Below are positions 1 to 9,560 of a stretch of DNA of 64,000 nucleotides, in pieces. The translations under genes were made by a program, and so were the position numbers. This DNA comes from an uncultured Candidatus Poseidoniales archaeon (GTDB lineage: Archaea > Thermoplasmatota > Poseidoniia > Poseidoniales > Poseidoniaceae): positions 1,143 through 65,142 of the forward strand of contig CAXHEV010000005.1 of NCBI GenBank assembly GCA_964015875.1, written 5' to 3'. Positions within the stretch are counted from its first letter, which is position 1. Every line of letters starts with the position of its first letter. Below the pieces are notes generated by a model. The model ran no database searches. It saw nothing but the letters and a program-made list of their open reading frames with translations, and had not been told where the DNA came from.

Positions 1-1590
1 CATGTTGTCCTTCCAGAGTTTGATATCTTCGCGGTAAACAGCTTCTGCTTCTTCGACGTGACCCTGCTCAAAGAGCAGAGCACCGAGGATGTGGCGCACA
101 GGTTGCATTTGGCCCCATGGTTCGTTGTAAGCAAGGTTCAGTGACAAATCGACGGCCCGTCGAATGTGACCGAAAGCATCGGTGAAGTCGTTTGCTTCGC
201 CTCGCTCCTTTGCAAGGTATTGGCGCCGGTATTCGATTTCACCCTCAAGAACTGCTGCGTTGACGAGCAAAATACACGGCCCATCGCTTGGATCTTGGTA
301 CATCAGGTTGTTGTGCAGCACACGGCCAGCGAGGGCTGGATTCTCGAGTGCTTGGTTGAACAAGACTTGCTCCGCTTCGGCTTCTGGAACCATGCCCTTG
401 GAAGCATAAGCAACACCGCGGGCGTAATGTTGTGTAGCGATTGTGGCTGGGAAAACGTCCTTGTCACTGTACATTGGTTCAGCCAGAATTTCATCCCACT
501 TTCCGAACCGGATCATCACGTGCCATGGCATGGTCACGTATGATTCGAGGAAGATCGCACCCATTGGAATAATGCCGGCAAGCATGAATTGCACACCGGA
601 GTTTTCGTCACCAGCAGGCAGAGTGTCAACGGCCTTGCGAGCGTACTTGAGCGCAGTCTCGTATTGACCTTCAAACATGGCACACCAGACGATGAAGTGG
701 TGGTTGTGCATGCGGTAGAACTTGTAGAATTGAGATTCATTACCAGTAAGTTCGACGTACCTGTCATCAGCTTCGACCGCTGCAATGTTGCATTCAACGG
801 CTTCTTTCCACTGACCAACCCATGCATCGATGTGCGACGGCATGTGGACAAGATGGCCGAGACCTGGCATCAGGTTGCGCAGGACATCTGCAGCTGGGAG
901 CGCCTTTTCTGGGAAAGGTGAGAGTTCCAGAGCGTGGCAGTACAGGTGGCAAAGAGCGGGGTGGACTTTGGCTTCTTCACTGCTTGCGAAAGCATCTTCC
1001 ATAATCTTGACCAACAACAGGGTGTTGTCGTCTGCCGGAGTGATTTCGCCTGTGGCTGTATTCTTATCCCACAATTGCCATGCTTTCAAGTTCATCAGGC
1101 CTTCAACGTAGATTGCGGTGACGTCCAAGTTTCCGCTGTACTTCTCATACAAAGGTGCCATTGCTTCAGCGAAGGCGACGTTTAATTCAGGAGAGTTGCC
1201 CATGTTGAGTACGCTTGGATCTGCTGCGTCACGTGCTTCTGCAGAGTGGCGTGTTGCAAGAGCATCAATCAAATCTTTCTCCAATTCTGTGCAGCCATCC
1301 TTGAGAGAAACTGCAGTTTGGATTGAGTCGTGGCCAGAGCCAAGTCCAGGCGCCCAGTTGTAATTTGAAGAGACACAGTATGCGATGCCCCACCAAGCCA
1401 TGGCGCAGGTTTCATCGAGTTCTGCAACCTTGCTAAAGCAGGCGATAGCTTGTTCGTGGTTGTAATTCAGCATGTGGCCATAGCCTTCGACAAACATTGC
1501 ACGTGCTTCGTCGTTCGCGCATGTTATTTCTGTGGCAAAGGTATAATTCGCTGGTACTCCATAGTCATAATCAGTTGGTGCAAGGCTCAT
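1..1590 (-). CDS. Hypothetical helical (TPR-like) repeat protein, C-terminus truncated by the window edge. It is not in the ORF track because no stop codon lies inside the window.
   Basis: The reverse strand reads open from an ATG at 1590..1588 (MSLAPTDYDYGVPANYTFATEITCANDEARAMFVEGYGHMLNYNHEQAIACF...WWGIAYCVSSNYNW...) to position 1 with no in-frame stop. Every + strand ORF here is short and fragmented. Helix-rich, TPR-like composition. Confidence 0.55.
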   Translation of the reverse strand, partial: MSLAPTDYDYGVPANYTFATEITCANDEARAMFVEGYGHMLNYNHEQAIACFSKVAELDETCAMAWWGIAYCVSSNYNWAPGLGSGHDSIQTAVSLKDGCTELEKDLIDALATRHSAEARDAADPSVLNMGNSPELNVAFAEAMAPLYEKYSGNLDVTAIYVEGLMNLKAWQLWDKNTATGEITPADDNTLLLVKIMEDAFASSEEAKVHPALCHLYCHALELSPFPEKALPAADVLRNLMPGLGHLVHMPSHIDAWVGQWKEAVECNIAAVEADDRYVELTGNESQFYKFYRMHNHHFIVWCAMFEGQYETALKYARKAVDTLPAGDENSGVQFMLAGIIPMGAIFLESYVTMPWHVMIRFGKWDEILAEPMYSDKDVFPATIATQHYARGVAYASKGMVPEAEAEQVLFNQALENPALAGRVLHNNLMYQDPSDGPCILLVNAAVLEGEIEYRRQYLAKERGEANDFTDAFGHIRRAVDLSLNLAYNEPWGQMQPVRHILGALLFEQGHVEEAEAVYREDIKLWKDNM

Positions 1591-1753
1591 ATATTGCCTT
1601 AAACCGGCATATGTCTTAAGGAATATGGTCATAAATCATGGGATTTATCCTTATTCTAAATATCATAATCCTGTAAATTATTACCATGGTCAGTTCGAGT
1701 TTAGAACCCTGAACGATTCAAACATTCAAAGGGTGGCAAGCACACCAAGACCC

Positions 1754-2950
1754 ATGGCCCTCCCGCAACGAAGCCCACTTGCCAAACATTGGCTGCTCGA
1801 TGAGCAATGTGTATTCCTCAACCACGGTTCTTTTGGAGCCACGCCAGTGGCCATTCGAAAGGAACAGCAGAAGTGGCAGGACCTGTTGGAGGACGAACCC
1901 GTACGATTCTACGAGGACTTGGCCATGGGATTCATGGAGACTGCACGGGGCGCCCTTTCCAAGATGCTTGAATGCGATCCAGAAGATTTGGCTCTGGTGG
2001 AAAATGCGACCACAGGAGTCAACACTGTCCTGCGCTCCCTCGTGTTCGAACAAGGCGATGAAATCCTCGTACCCGACCACGCATACCAAGCCTGTAGGAA
2101 TGCAATTGATTTTGTGGCTGAGCGTTGGGGTGCAAAGGTTGTCACCGTCAACATACCATTCCCAATCGATGGGCCACAGATCGCCATCGATGCCATCATG
2201 GCTGGCGTAAGTGACCGAACGGTGTTGGCAATGATCGATACGGTGACAAGCCCAACTGGGCTTCGAATGCCGTTTGAAGAACTCGTTGAATTGCTCGAAA
2301 GCAGAGGCGTTTCCGTGCTTCTTGATGCAGCACATGGTATCGGGATGGTGCCTCTTCGGCTTGACAATTTGGGGGCTTCATACACCACGAGCAACTGCCA
2401 CAAGTGGTTGTGTGCGCCGAAAGGTTCTGCGTTCTTACACGTCCGAAAAGACCACCAATTGAAGATTCATCCTTTGACCATCAGCCACGGCATGACCTTT
2501 CCCCTAGGCGACACCACGCGCTTCAGACACGAATTTGATTGGACTGGGACAAGGGACATTTCGGCATGGTGTTCACTGCCAGAAACCATACAATTCATGT
2601 CGAACATGATTGACGGTGGTTGGGATGCCATCATGCAGCACAATCACGATCTTGCCATGCAGGGACGAAGGATCCTTTGCGACCGCCTTGGACTCGCCAT
2701 TCCTTGCCCCGAATCGATGATTGCTTGCATTGCTACGATGATGCTCCCTGAGGGTTCGGTTGGCGGCATCCCGTTGCATGAACCCGACCCGTTGCACATC
2801 GTGTTGCAAGAGAAGTATGGCATTCAAGTTCCGGTGTGGTCGTGGGATTCGCCTAAAGGTAGGTACTTCAGAATATCAGCACAGTTGTACAATCATGTTG
2901 ACGAATACCATTACCTGGCGGAAGCATTGGCGAGTGAACTAAGTCTTTGA
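1754..2950 (+). CDS. PLP-dependent class V aminotransferase-fold enzyme (isopenicillin-N epimerase / cysteine desulfurase-like).
   Basis: The ORF track frame begins at 1625, but the family-typical N-terminus (…LNHGSFGATP) starts at the internal ATG at 1754. Putative PLP-lysine motif SNCHKWLCAPKG. Length and spacing are consistent with fold-type I class V enzymes. Confidence 0.75.
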   Translation: MALPQRSPLAKHWLLDEQCVFLNHGSFGATPVAIRKEQQKWQDLLEDEPVRFYEDLAMGFMETARGALSKMLECDPEDLALVENATTGVNTVLRSLVFEQGDEILVPDHAYQACRNAIDFVAERWGAKVVTVNIPFPIDGPQIAIDAIMAGVSDRTVLAMIDTVTSPTGLRMPFEELVELLESRGVSVLLDAAHGIGMVPLRLDNLGASYTTSNCHKWLCAPKGSAFLHVRKDHQLKIHPLTISHGMTFPLGDTTRFRHEFDWTGTRDISAWCSLPETIQFMSNMIDGGWDAIMQHNHDLAMQGRRILCDRLGLAIPCPESMIACIATMMLPEGSVGGIPLHEPDPLHIVLQEKYGIQVPVWSWDSPKGRYFRISAQLYNHVDEYHYLAEALASELSL

Positions 2951-3304
2951 TCAGAATGTGAGGACCTTCTCGCTGGTCATCACCCAATCTGAGCACTCCC
3001 CCATTGTGGAAAACTGGGCACCATCGTAGTAGCCTTGACCCTTCAAGACACCACACCTGTTTTGGCACGTACCGCAAACTTTCACTGGTACACCGACAGA
3101 GATCAACCCCTTGAGCATCGCAACCATGTCCTCGACCCCTTCAGGCGGCTCAATACCATCCCGAGCCAAATCAACACTATCGTTCATCAAAAAGATTCGA
3201 ACTTCAGCTCCATCTTCGTCGAGTCGCTTTGCCAAACGCAACGCGTTCCAAGTCACATCTGTACCGTCGTAGGGTTGTTGATTCAAAATCAATAAAATCG
3301 CCAT
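2951..3304 (-). CDS. DsrE/DsrF (YchN)-like sulfur-relay family protein.
   Basis: MAILLILNQQPYDGTDVTWNALRLAKRLDEDGAEVRIFLMNDSVDLAR matches the DsrE-fold N-terminal pattern. A C-terminal Cys-containing segment (KVCGTCQNRCG) is present. The start was chosen at the internal ATG; the track ORF extends to 3361. Confidence 0.6.
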   Translation of the reverse strand: MAILLILNQQPYDGTDVTWNALRLAKRLDEDGAEVRIFLMNDSVDLARDGIEPPEGVEDMVAMLKGLISVGVPVKVCGTCQNRCGVLKGQGYYDGAQFSTMGECSDWVMTSEKVLTF

Positions 3305-3403
3305 ATGTTCGGCATGGAAAGACGGTGCTTGAAACCAGCGATGTCTGTTTTGTATCATCAATAAAAAACATCACTTGAAAAGGCGAAGACCGAAGCATTC
3401 TGT

Positions 3404-6400
3404 ATGGGAAGGGACTTTGCCTCGTTTTCAAAGTGGCTTATCCCACACAGAAAGAAGGTTCACGTCGCCATCTTTCTGCTTTCATTACTGATGATTCCCG
3501 GAGCCATGACTGCCCTCCAACCCATCGATATGGAATCATATGAAATGGAGTCACCAGAACTCACAGCACAGGCGATCATCGATGATGAGTTTGCAAACTC
3601 TGAAATTATCCTTGGTTTCCTTGTCTCAGCACGCGACCCGAACTACGTTCCGCCCATCGATGAATGGACACCGGTCCCCTTGATGAGCGACGGTGCCCCC
3701 GACTATGCCAATCTACCCAGCGTCACTGAGATGGTGGAATCCGGTGAACCCTGGCAGGGCATCTATGCGCCGACTGGTGGTATCCTCAACCTTTCACTGC
3801 TGCAAGAAATAGACGGGAAAATCGACATGATTCAAGACCACCCGCTCGCTCCAGCAATGAAGCCCCTCGTGAACGACGTCACCGGTTCCCAAGCACCTGG
3901 TGCAATTTCTCTTTCCGACCACTTTAGAGGCTTCATGAACAACACCTCTGTCCTCACCCAACCGGGCCTGACTGCCCAAGGCATCGTCACCGACCCTCCT
4001 ACAAACTGGTATGATTGTGGTCTATTGGAATGCCTTGAGTTCGATGATGCGAATGTATCGCAGGCTCACATCGATCTGGCTGCTGCGCGCATGGCTGAGG
4101 CTTCCGACAATAATTTCCTGCGATGGTTATCGCTAGACCGTGGCTTTGTTGCTGATATGAACGCCCTGCAGGACGGCCCAATTGGTGGTCAACTGAACAC
4201 CGACGGAACATGGGAGGGGGGATTCACTGGAAAGGGTCGCTGGTCTGCTTCCTCTACATGGCTTCTCGTTCAATTCGACCGAGGCACTCTCGAATCGATG
4301 GGCTGGGAAGTGATTTGGAAGGACGCTCATCCAGAGAAGAGCATCGTGTTTTCTGAAGAAGGGACCCGAATTGGTGGCTACAGAATAGCAGATAACTCAC
4401 TCGTCCTGCACCCGCCCCAATACAACGAGAGCATGTGCCTCGAACTTCTGAAAGAAACGGGTGGTTGTTCGACCGAATGGTCCTACATGGATCTCGAAGG
4501 TCAACTTCGAACTCACGACCGAACCACCATCACCCTGCTTGTTGGACAAGGTGTGAATGTTGAAGTGAATCGGGAATTGCAAGCCAGTGCTGGCTTGATT
4601 TTGCTGATGGGCATGGCCATTGTTGTGCTTCTTTATGTCAGTCTGCGCCGACTGTCTGACGTCATCATCGTCATGTTTGCTCTTGGCAGTGCTTTGCTAT
4701 GGATGCAAGGCATGATTGGGCATTTCTCAAGCCTGACCTCGATGTTTGGTTTCAGCCTCATAGCCAGATCACAATTTTCAAATCTCCTTCCAATTCTTGT
4801 CCTCGCCTTAGGTATTGATGACTCGCTGCATGCCCTTCATCGTTACAAAGAAGAGCGAGCGATGAAGAAGTCATCCGAGACATCTGCTGAAATTACCCTG
4901 TCGAGGGTGGGTCGAGCAATCATGCTGACCTCGGTCACGACCATGGCGGCGTTTGCTGCAAACCTCTTCAGTGACATCGCTGCGCTGCGCTCTTTTGGAA
5001 TTGAAGCGGCACTTGGTATTCTCGCAGCATTCATCCTCACAGGCCTTTGGGTACCACTGATTCGGCTGTCCGTCGACGATTGGTTGGCTGGGCGAAACCG
5101 CTCGACTATGCCACAAGAAGGCACCACGCACCTTGTCTCAGAGGATTTGCTCAAGAGAATTTCCACCTCGTCTGGAACATGGAAAAATGCCGTGGTGATC
5201 TCCATTATTGCTGTCCTTATCACAATACCAGCAGCCTACGGCATGGCTCAGCTCGAAGGCGACTTCGCTGTCGAGGACTTCCTCGATGAGTCATCTGACT
5301 TTGCCATTGGTGTTGATGAAATCTCACAGCGATTTGCCGATGAAGGGGAACCTGCAAACCTGTTAATTGTCGGCGATGTGCTCGACCCTGAGGTTTTCGC
5401 CGCTATTGATGTGTTCAGGCAAGATATGGACGTATTACCTGAAGGCGTACCTGATAAAATCACGAGACAACCAGACGGTACAATCGATATTTTGGCTCTT
5501 GACGAAATGGTCTTCGCCGCTCAAGGTTCGCTCCTGCTTAATCCAGATCCGTTTGTCGAAGCGGGTTGGGTCGTCAATGAAACCGGCCATGGCATGGGTT
5601 GCAGCGAAGATGGCGGGGGCCTGTTGATGGACTTGACAAACCGCAATTGCCTAGCGTTCTTCTATGGATTCCTCTCGCTCAACGGCGTTCCCGGCGTTGG
5701 ACCGATTCCTGATATTCCACCCAGTATTGTCAGCCTTTACATCGCTCCAAACGTGGAGCTTGATCCGACCCAACCGTGGTTGGATGTAAACGGTGAAGAT
5801 GCGGAGTATGACCACATGCTGATTCGATTTGGGATGACCGCGCCTGAAGATTTCCCTGGCATGGCAGGCGGAATGGAAGAGGTTTGGAGGGACCTTTCCT
5901 CATTCACAAACCTCTCAACGGGAACCCAAGAAGAAGCAGGGCCGGTCAGTGAAGATAAGCCGCTGACATGGGTGATGCCGACCGGTCGGCCTGTGACCAG
6001 ATTCGTCGCTTCAACCACCATGCAAGAGGAAATGCAATCATCACTCATCCTCGGCTCGCTGTTTGTCTTTGGAACCCTTTCAGTGGGCTTTAGATCCTTC
6101 AAGCAGGCAAGCGTCACGCTTGTTCCAATTCTCCTTGTCGTGGTTTGGCTTTACGGGTTGATGTACGTCGCTGGCTCCTCACTCAACATCGTGACGGTCA
6201 CCATTGCAACAATCTCGCTTGGTGTAGGCATCGATTATTGTATTCACGTCACCGAGAGGTACAGGGAAGGTCGGGAGAATGGGGAAACCCATCATGAAGC
6301 TTTGATTGGGGTTGGAGGGGCCTGTGGACTTGCCCTTGTTGGAAGCGCCGCATCCGACATCGCCGGATTTTCGATGATTGCCCTGTCCCCAATGGGCTTG

Positions 6401-6535
6401 TTCAGCAATTTCGGTATTTTCTCCGCAGCAATGATTGCCTTGTCCCTCATAGCCAGCCTTGTGCTGACCACCGCTGCCCTCGGATTAATCGCTTCACTCG
6501 ACCCAGACCCTGCACCTCCTTTGGAGGAGGTTTGA
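3404..6535 (+). CDS. RND-superfamily / MMPL-type exporter (COG1033-like, two 6-TM bundles with large extracytoplasmic loops).
   Basis: 1043 aa. Two hydrophobic blocks (LILLMGMAIVVLLYVSL…GIDDSLHALHRYKEER and …TIATISLGVGIDYCIHVTERYREGR) are separated by large soluble domains. The GIDD/GIDY + H..RY motifs are typical of MMPL/HpnN-like RND proteins. Confidence 0.75.
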   Translation: MGRDFASFSKWLIPHRKKVHVAIFLLSLLMIPGAMTALQPIDMESYEMESPELTAQAIIDDEFANSEIILGFLVSARDPNYVPPIDEWTPVPLMSDGAPDYANLPSVTEMVESGEPWQGIYAPTGGILNLSLLQEIDGKIDMIQDHPLAPAMKPLVNDVTGSQAPGAISLSDHFRGFMNNTSVLTQPGLTAQGIVTDPPTNWYDCGLLECLEFDDANVSQAHIDLAAARMAEASDNNFLRWLSLDRGFVADMNALQDGPIGGQLNTDGTWEGGFTGKGRWSASSTWLLVQFDRGTLESMGWEVIWKDAHPEKSIVFSEEGTRIGGYRIADNSLVLHPPQYNESMCLELLKETGGCSTEWSYMDLEGQLRTHDRTTITLLVGQGVNVEVNRELQASAGLILLMGMAIVVLLYVSLRRLSDVIIVMFALGSALLWMQGMIGHFSSLTSMFGFSLIARSQFSNLLPILVLALGIDDSLHALHRYKEERAMKKSSETSAEITLSRVGRAIMLTSVTTMAAFAANLFSDIAALRSFGIEAALGILAAFILTGLWVPLIRLSVDDWLAGRNRSTMPQEGTTHLVSEDLLKRISTSSGTWKNAVVISIIAVLITIPAAYGMAQLEGDFAVEDFLDESSDFAIGVDEISQRFADEGEPANLLIVGDVLDPEVFAAIDVFRQDMDVLPEGVPDKITRQPDGTIDILALDEMVFAAQGSLLLNPDPFVEAGWVVNETGHGMGCSEDGGGLLMDLTNRNCLAFFYGFLSLNGVPGVGPIPDIPPSIVSLYIAPNVELDPTQPWLDVNGEDAEYDHMLIRFGMTAPEDFPGMAGGMEEVWRDLSSFTNLSTGTQEEAGPVSEDKPLTWVMPTGRPVTRFVASTTMQEEMQSSLILGSLFVFGTLSVGFRSFKQASVTLVPILLVVVWLYGLMYVAGSSLNIVTVTIATISLGVGIDYCIHVTERYREGRENGETHHEALIGVGGACGLALVGSAASDIAGFSMIALSPMGLFSNFGIFSAAMIALSLIASLVLTTAALGLIASLDPDPAPPLEEV

Positions 6536-7017
6536 TGGACGCATTGCGACGCCTCACACCAGAAGATGTCCCCCGAATGGTCGTCATCAACGAGCAGGGT
6601 TTGCCCGGAACGGGGAAGGTATCAGAAGCAGAAATGGCAGATCTTCTCAGACTCAGCGAACTGGCTTTCGGGTATGAAGAGGACGATGTTCTCAACGGAT
6701 TTGTGCTCTGCCTCTTACCCAAAACAAGGTATGGTAGTTTGAATTACGCTTGGTTTAACCAGCGCTATGACGAATTTCTCTATGTCGATCGAATTGCCGT
6801 TGCAGAAAACCTCAGAAGCCGCGGGATTGGCACTCATTTGTACAACAAAGTCATTGCTCATGCAGAACATCTTCAGGCCCCAGTGGCCGCTGAAGTCAGT
6901 CTGCGACCACCCAATCCTGGCTCAATGAGATTTCACGACAGCCACGGTTTCGAGCAGGTGGGTGTCTTTGAACAGAAAGCAAAGGCAGTGACGATGTTGC
7001 TTCGACGAATCCAATGA
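6535..7017 (+). CDS. GNAT-family N-acetyltransferase.
   Basis: Acetyl-CoA binding motif (RSRGIGTHLYNKVIAHA; R-x-x-G-x-G). About 160 aa. The ATG overlaps the RND exporter stop (TGATG), suggesting translational coupling. The track start at 6532 is a TTG. Confidence 0.7.
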   Translation: MDALRRLTPEDVPRMVVINEQGLPGTGKVSEAEMADLLRLSELAFGYEEDDVLNGFVLCLLPKTRYGSLNYAWFNQRYDEFLYVDRIAVAENLRSRGIGTHLYNKVIAHAEHLQAPVAAEVSLRPPNPGSMRFHDSHGFEQVGVFEQKAKAVTMLLRRIQ

Positions 7018-7062
7018 GCAACCAAGGGCAGTCGCCGGCAAAGCATTCAATAAAAATGTCAC

Positions 7063-7536
7063 ATGTGTATTGCCATGGCTCAAGACAAGCCCCCTGAAGC
7101 AATCACGCTTCAGCCAGCGAATCAGCCTAATCCGACCCGCCCCGCGAACACCTTCTCGGGAGAAATTCAACAGGTGGCGCCAATGATCAGCGGCCAGGCG
7201 GCAATGCCAGGTCAGCAACCCATTGTTGTGTCCTCTGGCAAGCCTTCACCCGCGCTTATGTTGGGTGGGTTTTTGACCATGCTTGGTGCAACTCTAATTC
7301 CAATTTTAACTGCCTTTGGAGATGGTTTTTCCAATGTCGATGGTGAGACACTTTGCTGCTTTCTTTGCAATGGCAATGCTATGGGATTGGGTATGATAGC
7401 GGTGTATTCATTTCAGTATGGCGCTTGGGAAAGCAATACTGGAAAGCAAGGTTCAGCAGCCATGTCATACATCGTTGGCGTCGGTGCACTGGCCATTGGA
7501 GGGGTCTTGAGCGCCCTCTTTTTCATCAATGTTTGA
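7063..7536 (+). CDS. Hypothetical small membrane protein.
   Basis: Pro/Gln-rich N-terminal region followed by two or three hydrophobic helices (LMLGGFLTMLGATLIPILTAF…IVGVGALAIGGVLSALFFINV). No recognisable family. Confidence 0.4.
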   Translation: MCIAMAQDKPPEAITLQPANQPNPTRPANTFSGEIQQVAPMISGQAAMPGQQPIVVSSGKPSPALMLGGFLTMLGATLIPILTAFGDGFSNVDGETLCCFLCNGNAMGLGMIAVYSFQYGAWESNTGKQGSAAMSYIVGVGALAIGGVLSALFFINV

Positions 7537-7588
7537 TTCTTCCCCCCCAATTAGCCGGGCAACAAAGGAAATGTGAACCGGTGCGTTC

Positions 7589-9406
7589 ATGAACAGGAGA
7601 GGTCCCGGAAGGATTGCTGTCTTTGGGGTTGGCCCCGAGAACGCGGTGATTTTGATGTCAAATGATACACCTGACAAACCAGATGAAGATGAAGATTGGA
7701 TGAAGTATGCCAATGCTGGATTTGGTGAAACAGATTACTCCCTATGGGACGACCAACCCGCTGAACAAAACGAGGTTGAACAAGAGCCTGATTTTGACCT
7801 CAATTCAACACCGAATCAATTGGGCACACATATGGAGGAAATCCCACGCGCCCCATCCCCCGCAGGGCATAAGCATCTTGTCCGAATAGGCACATGTGAC
7901 CATTGCTTGGGTCGCCTGGGTGGCAAAAAGCGCTATGAGCAAACCATCGCTGAATCTGGAGCAGAAATTCGAGCAGGGGTTGTTCGAAGGGATTCGCACC
8001 TTGAAAACGCTCGTACAGAAATACCACTGTGTCCTTTTTGCGAGAATCTCTACGAAGAAGCGGACCTTCTCGCCGAGATTATCTATGATGCAATTCAGCC
8101 GTATGAAGCCACACGTTTGCAGTTGGGCGCTCGTATACCCAAAGATCAGATCGCTGCCGAAGAAGAACTCCGCAAGCGCCTAGGCGCTGGAGGATCTGAT
8201 GCTTTGAAATCGGGACTGGTCACCGAAATCGCCAGAAACCTCAATGACCGTTTAGATGGAAAGAAACTGGTGAATGATAAGCCACAAATTTTGGCCCTCA
8301 TCGACGTGCTAACCCTCACTGTGGAACTCGATATTCGTGCACACTACCTCTATGGCAGGTATCAAAAATTGGAACGGGGCATTCCCCAAACCCGCTGGCC
8401 ATGCCGTGCCTGCAAGGGCCGGGGTTGTGAGAAGTGCGATGGTACTGGTCTGCAGTACAAGAAGAGCGTTCAGGACCTCATTGGCAACCCGTTGCTTGGT
8501 TTGTTTGAAGCAAAAGAGCATGCGTTCCACGGCATGGGTCGAGAAGACATCGATGTCCGCTGTATGGGCCAAGGACGACCATTCGTGATTGAGATGAAGG
8601 AGCCAAAGACTCGAACTGTTGACCTTGACGCAGCAATGAATTCTATCAATGAGCTGGCGGAAGGGAGCATCAACATCACTGGCCTTCGCAGCTCAAATCG
8701 AAGCGAAGTGGTTCGAGTGAAGGACACTCCCGCTGAGAAATCCTACACCATTCGTTTCCGTGTCATGCCCCTGAGCGAGGCTGAGCATGCGGTGCTGACT
8801 GCACCGGTCGACTTGACGCATGTTGATGTTCAGGATCGAGGGGGTAAAGGCCGCAAGAATCCAAAACGACGCAACAGGCGAGGTGATCGTAAAAACGACC
8901 ACAAAAAGCCACTTCCTGCCGTTATTGAAGTCGTCGAAGGCCCATCGGAGGAGGAATTGAAAGCACTCAAGAAAGCAGAATTGGTCGAAAAGGCAGAGGC
9001 ACTTGGCCTAGCCAAGTCTGGAACGAAAGGCGAATTGATTGAACGGATCATGAGCGCCGGGCCACCTGCTCCTGTGATGTTCGACTTGCCTGAGGCTGAG
9101 TTCATCAAAGAAACCATCGACAAACTGGCTGGTGTCAAACTCTTCCAGCGCACACCTGAAAGGGTAGCTCACCGAAGGGCTGACCTGATCCGAAAACGAA
9201 CCGTTTTTGAAACCTCCAAACCAATCATTGAGACCATGGCAGATGGGGTTTTGGAAGTCGAGTTTACCCTCCGCTGCGAGTCGGGGACCTACGTCAAGGA
9301 AACTGTGCACGGCGACGGTGGACGAACTCAGCCAAGCCTCTCATCCTTGATCAAAGCGAAGTGCGACGTGATGTGGCTTGATGTGGGCGACATTCACGCT
9401 GATTGA
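7589..9406 (+). CDS. pus10: tRNA pseudouridine(54/55) synthase Pus10, with an acidic N-terminal extension and an embedded SAP-like motif.
   Basis: N-terminal Zn-finger pairs (CDHC…CPFC) followed by a THUMP-like region. Catalytic motif HGMGREDIDVRCMG. C-terminal Pus10 signature YVKETVHGDGGRTQPSL. 605 aa, against roughly 430-530 aa usual for Pus10. Confidence 0.8.
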   Translation: MNRRGPGRIAVFGVGPENAVILMSNDTPDKPDEDEDWMKYANAGFGETDYSLWDDQPAEQNEVEQEPDFDLNSTPNQLGTHMEEIPRAPSPAGHKHLVRIGTCDHCLGRLGGKKRYEQTIAESGAEIRAGVVRRDSHLENARTEIPLCPFCENLYEEADLLAEIIYDAIQPYEATRLQLGARIPKDQIAAEEELRKRLGAGGSDALKSGLVTEIARNLNDRLDGKKLVNDKPQILALIDVLTLTVELDIRAHYLYGRYQKLERGIPQTRWPCRACKGRGCEKCDGTGLQYKKSVQDLIGNPLLGLFEAKEHAFHGMGREDIDVRCMGQGRPFVIEMKEPKTRTVDLDAAMNSINELAEGSINITGLRSSNRSEVVRVKDTPAEKSYTIRFRVMPLSEAEHAVLTAPVDLTHVDVQDRGGKGRKNPKRRNRRGDRKNDHKKPLPAVIEVVEGPSEEELKALKKAELVEKAEALGLAKSGTKGELIERIMSAGPPAPVMFDLPEAEFIKETIDKLAGVKLFQRTPERVAHRRADLIRKRTVFETSKPIIETMADGVLEVEFTLRCESGTYVKETVHGDGGRTQPSLSSLIKAKCDVMWLDVGDIHAD

Positions 9407-9483
9407 AGGCGAATTTCCACCCTGAATGGGCGGTTTTTCAGTGGTTTTCACGATGAGTTCACCTCGTGCATCCGTCGCGGTGC

Positions 9484-9552
9484 TTATATGGGGAAGGCAG
9501 GTCGCCGAATTGCTTGGAAGATGTACATCTGCTAATCTGAGCGCATAGGAGG
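9484..9552 (+). promoter_or_regulatory. Putative archaeal promoter (TATA-like TTATATGG at ~9484-9491) and Shine-Dalgarno (AGGAGG 9547-9552) upstream of rpl21e.
   Basis: A-T rich box ~70 nt upstream of the ATG. AGGAGG is complementary to the 16S 3' end, 9 nt before the ATG at 9561. Confidence 0.3.
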
Positions 9553-9560
9553 CGAAAAAC

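Noticed and set aside
1625-1753. N-terminal 43 codons of the track ORF preceding the class V PLP enzyme
   Set aside because: The family-typical N-terminus begins at the ATG at 1754. The upstream codons (MVINHGIYPYSKYHNPVNYYHGQFEF…) lie in an AT-rich divergent promoter region shared with the minus-strand gene ending at 1590, and look non-coding.
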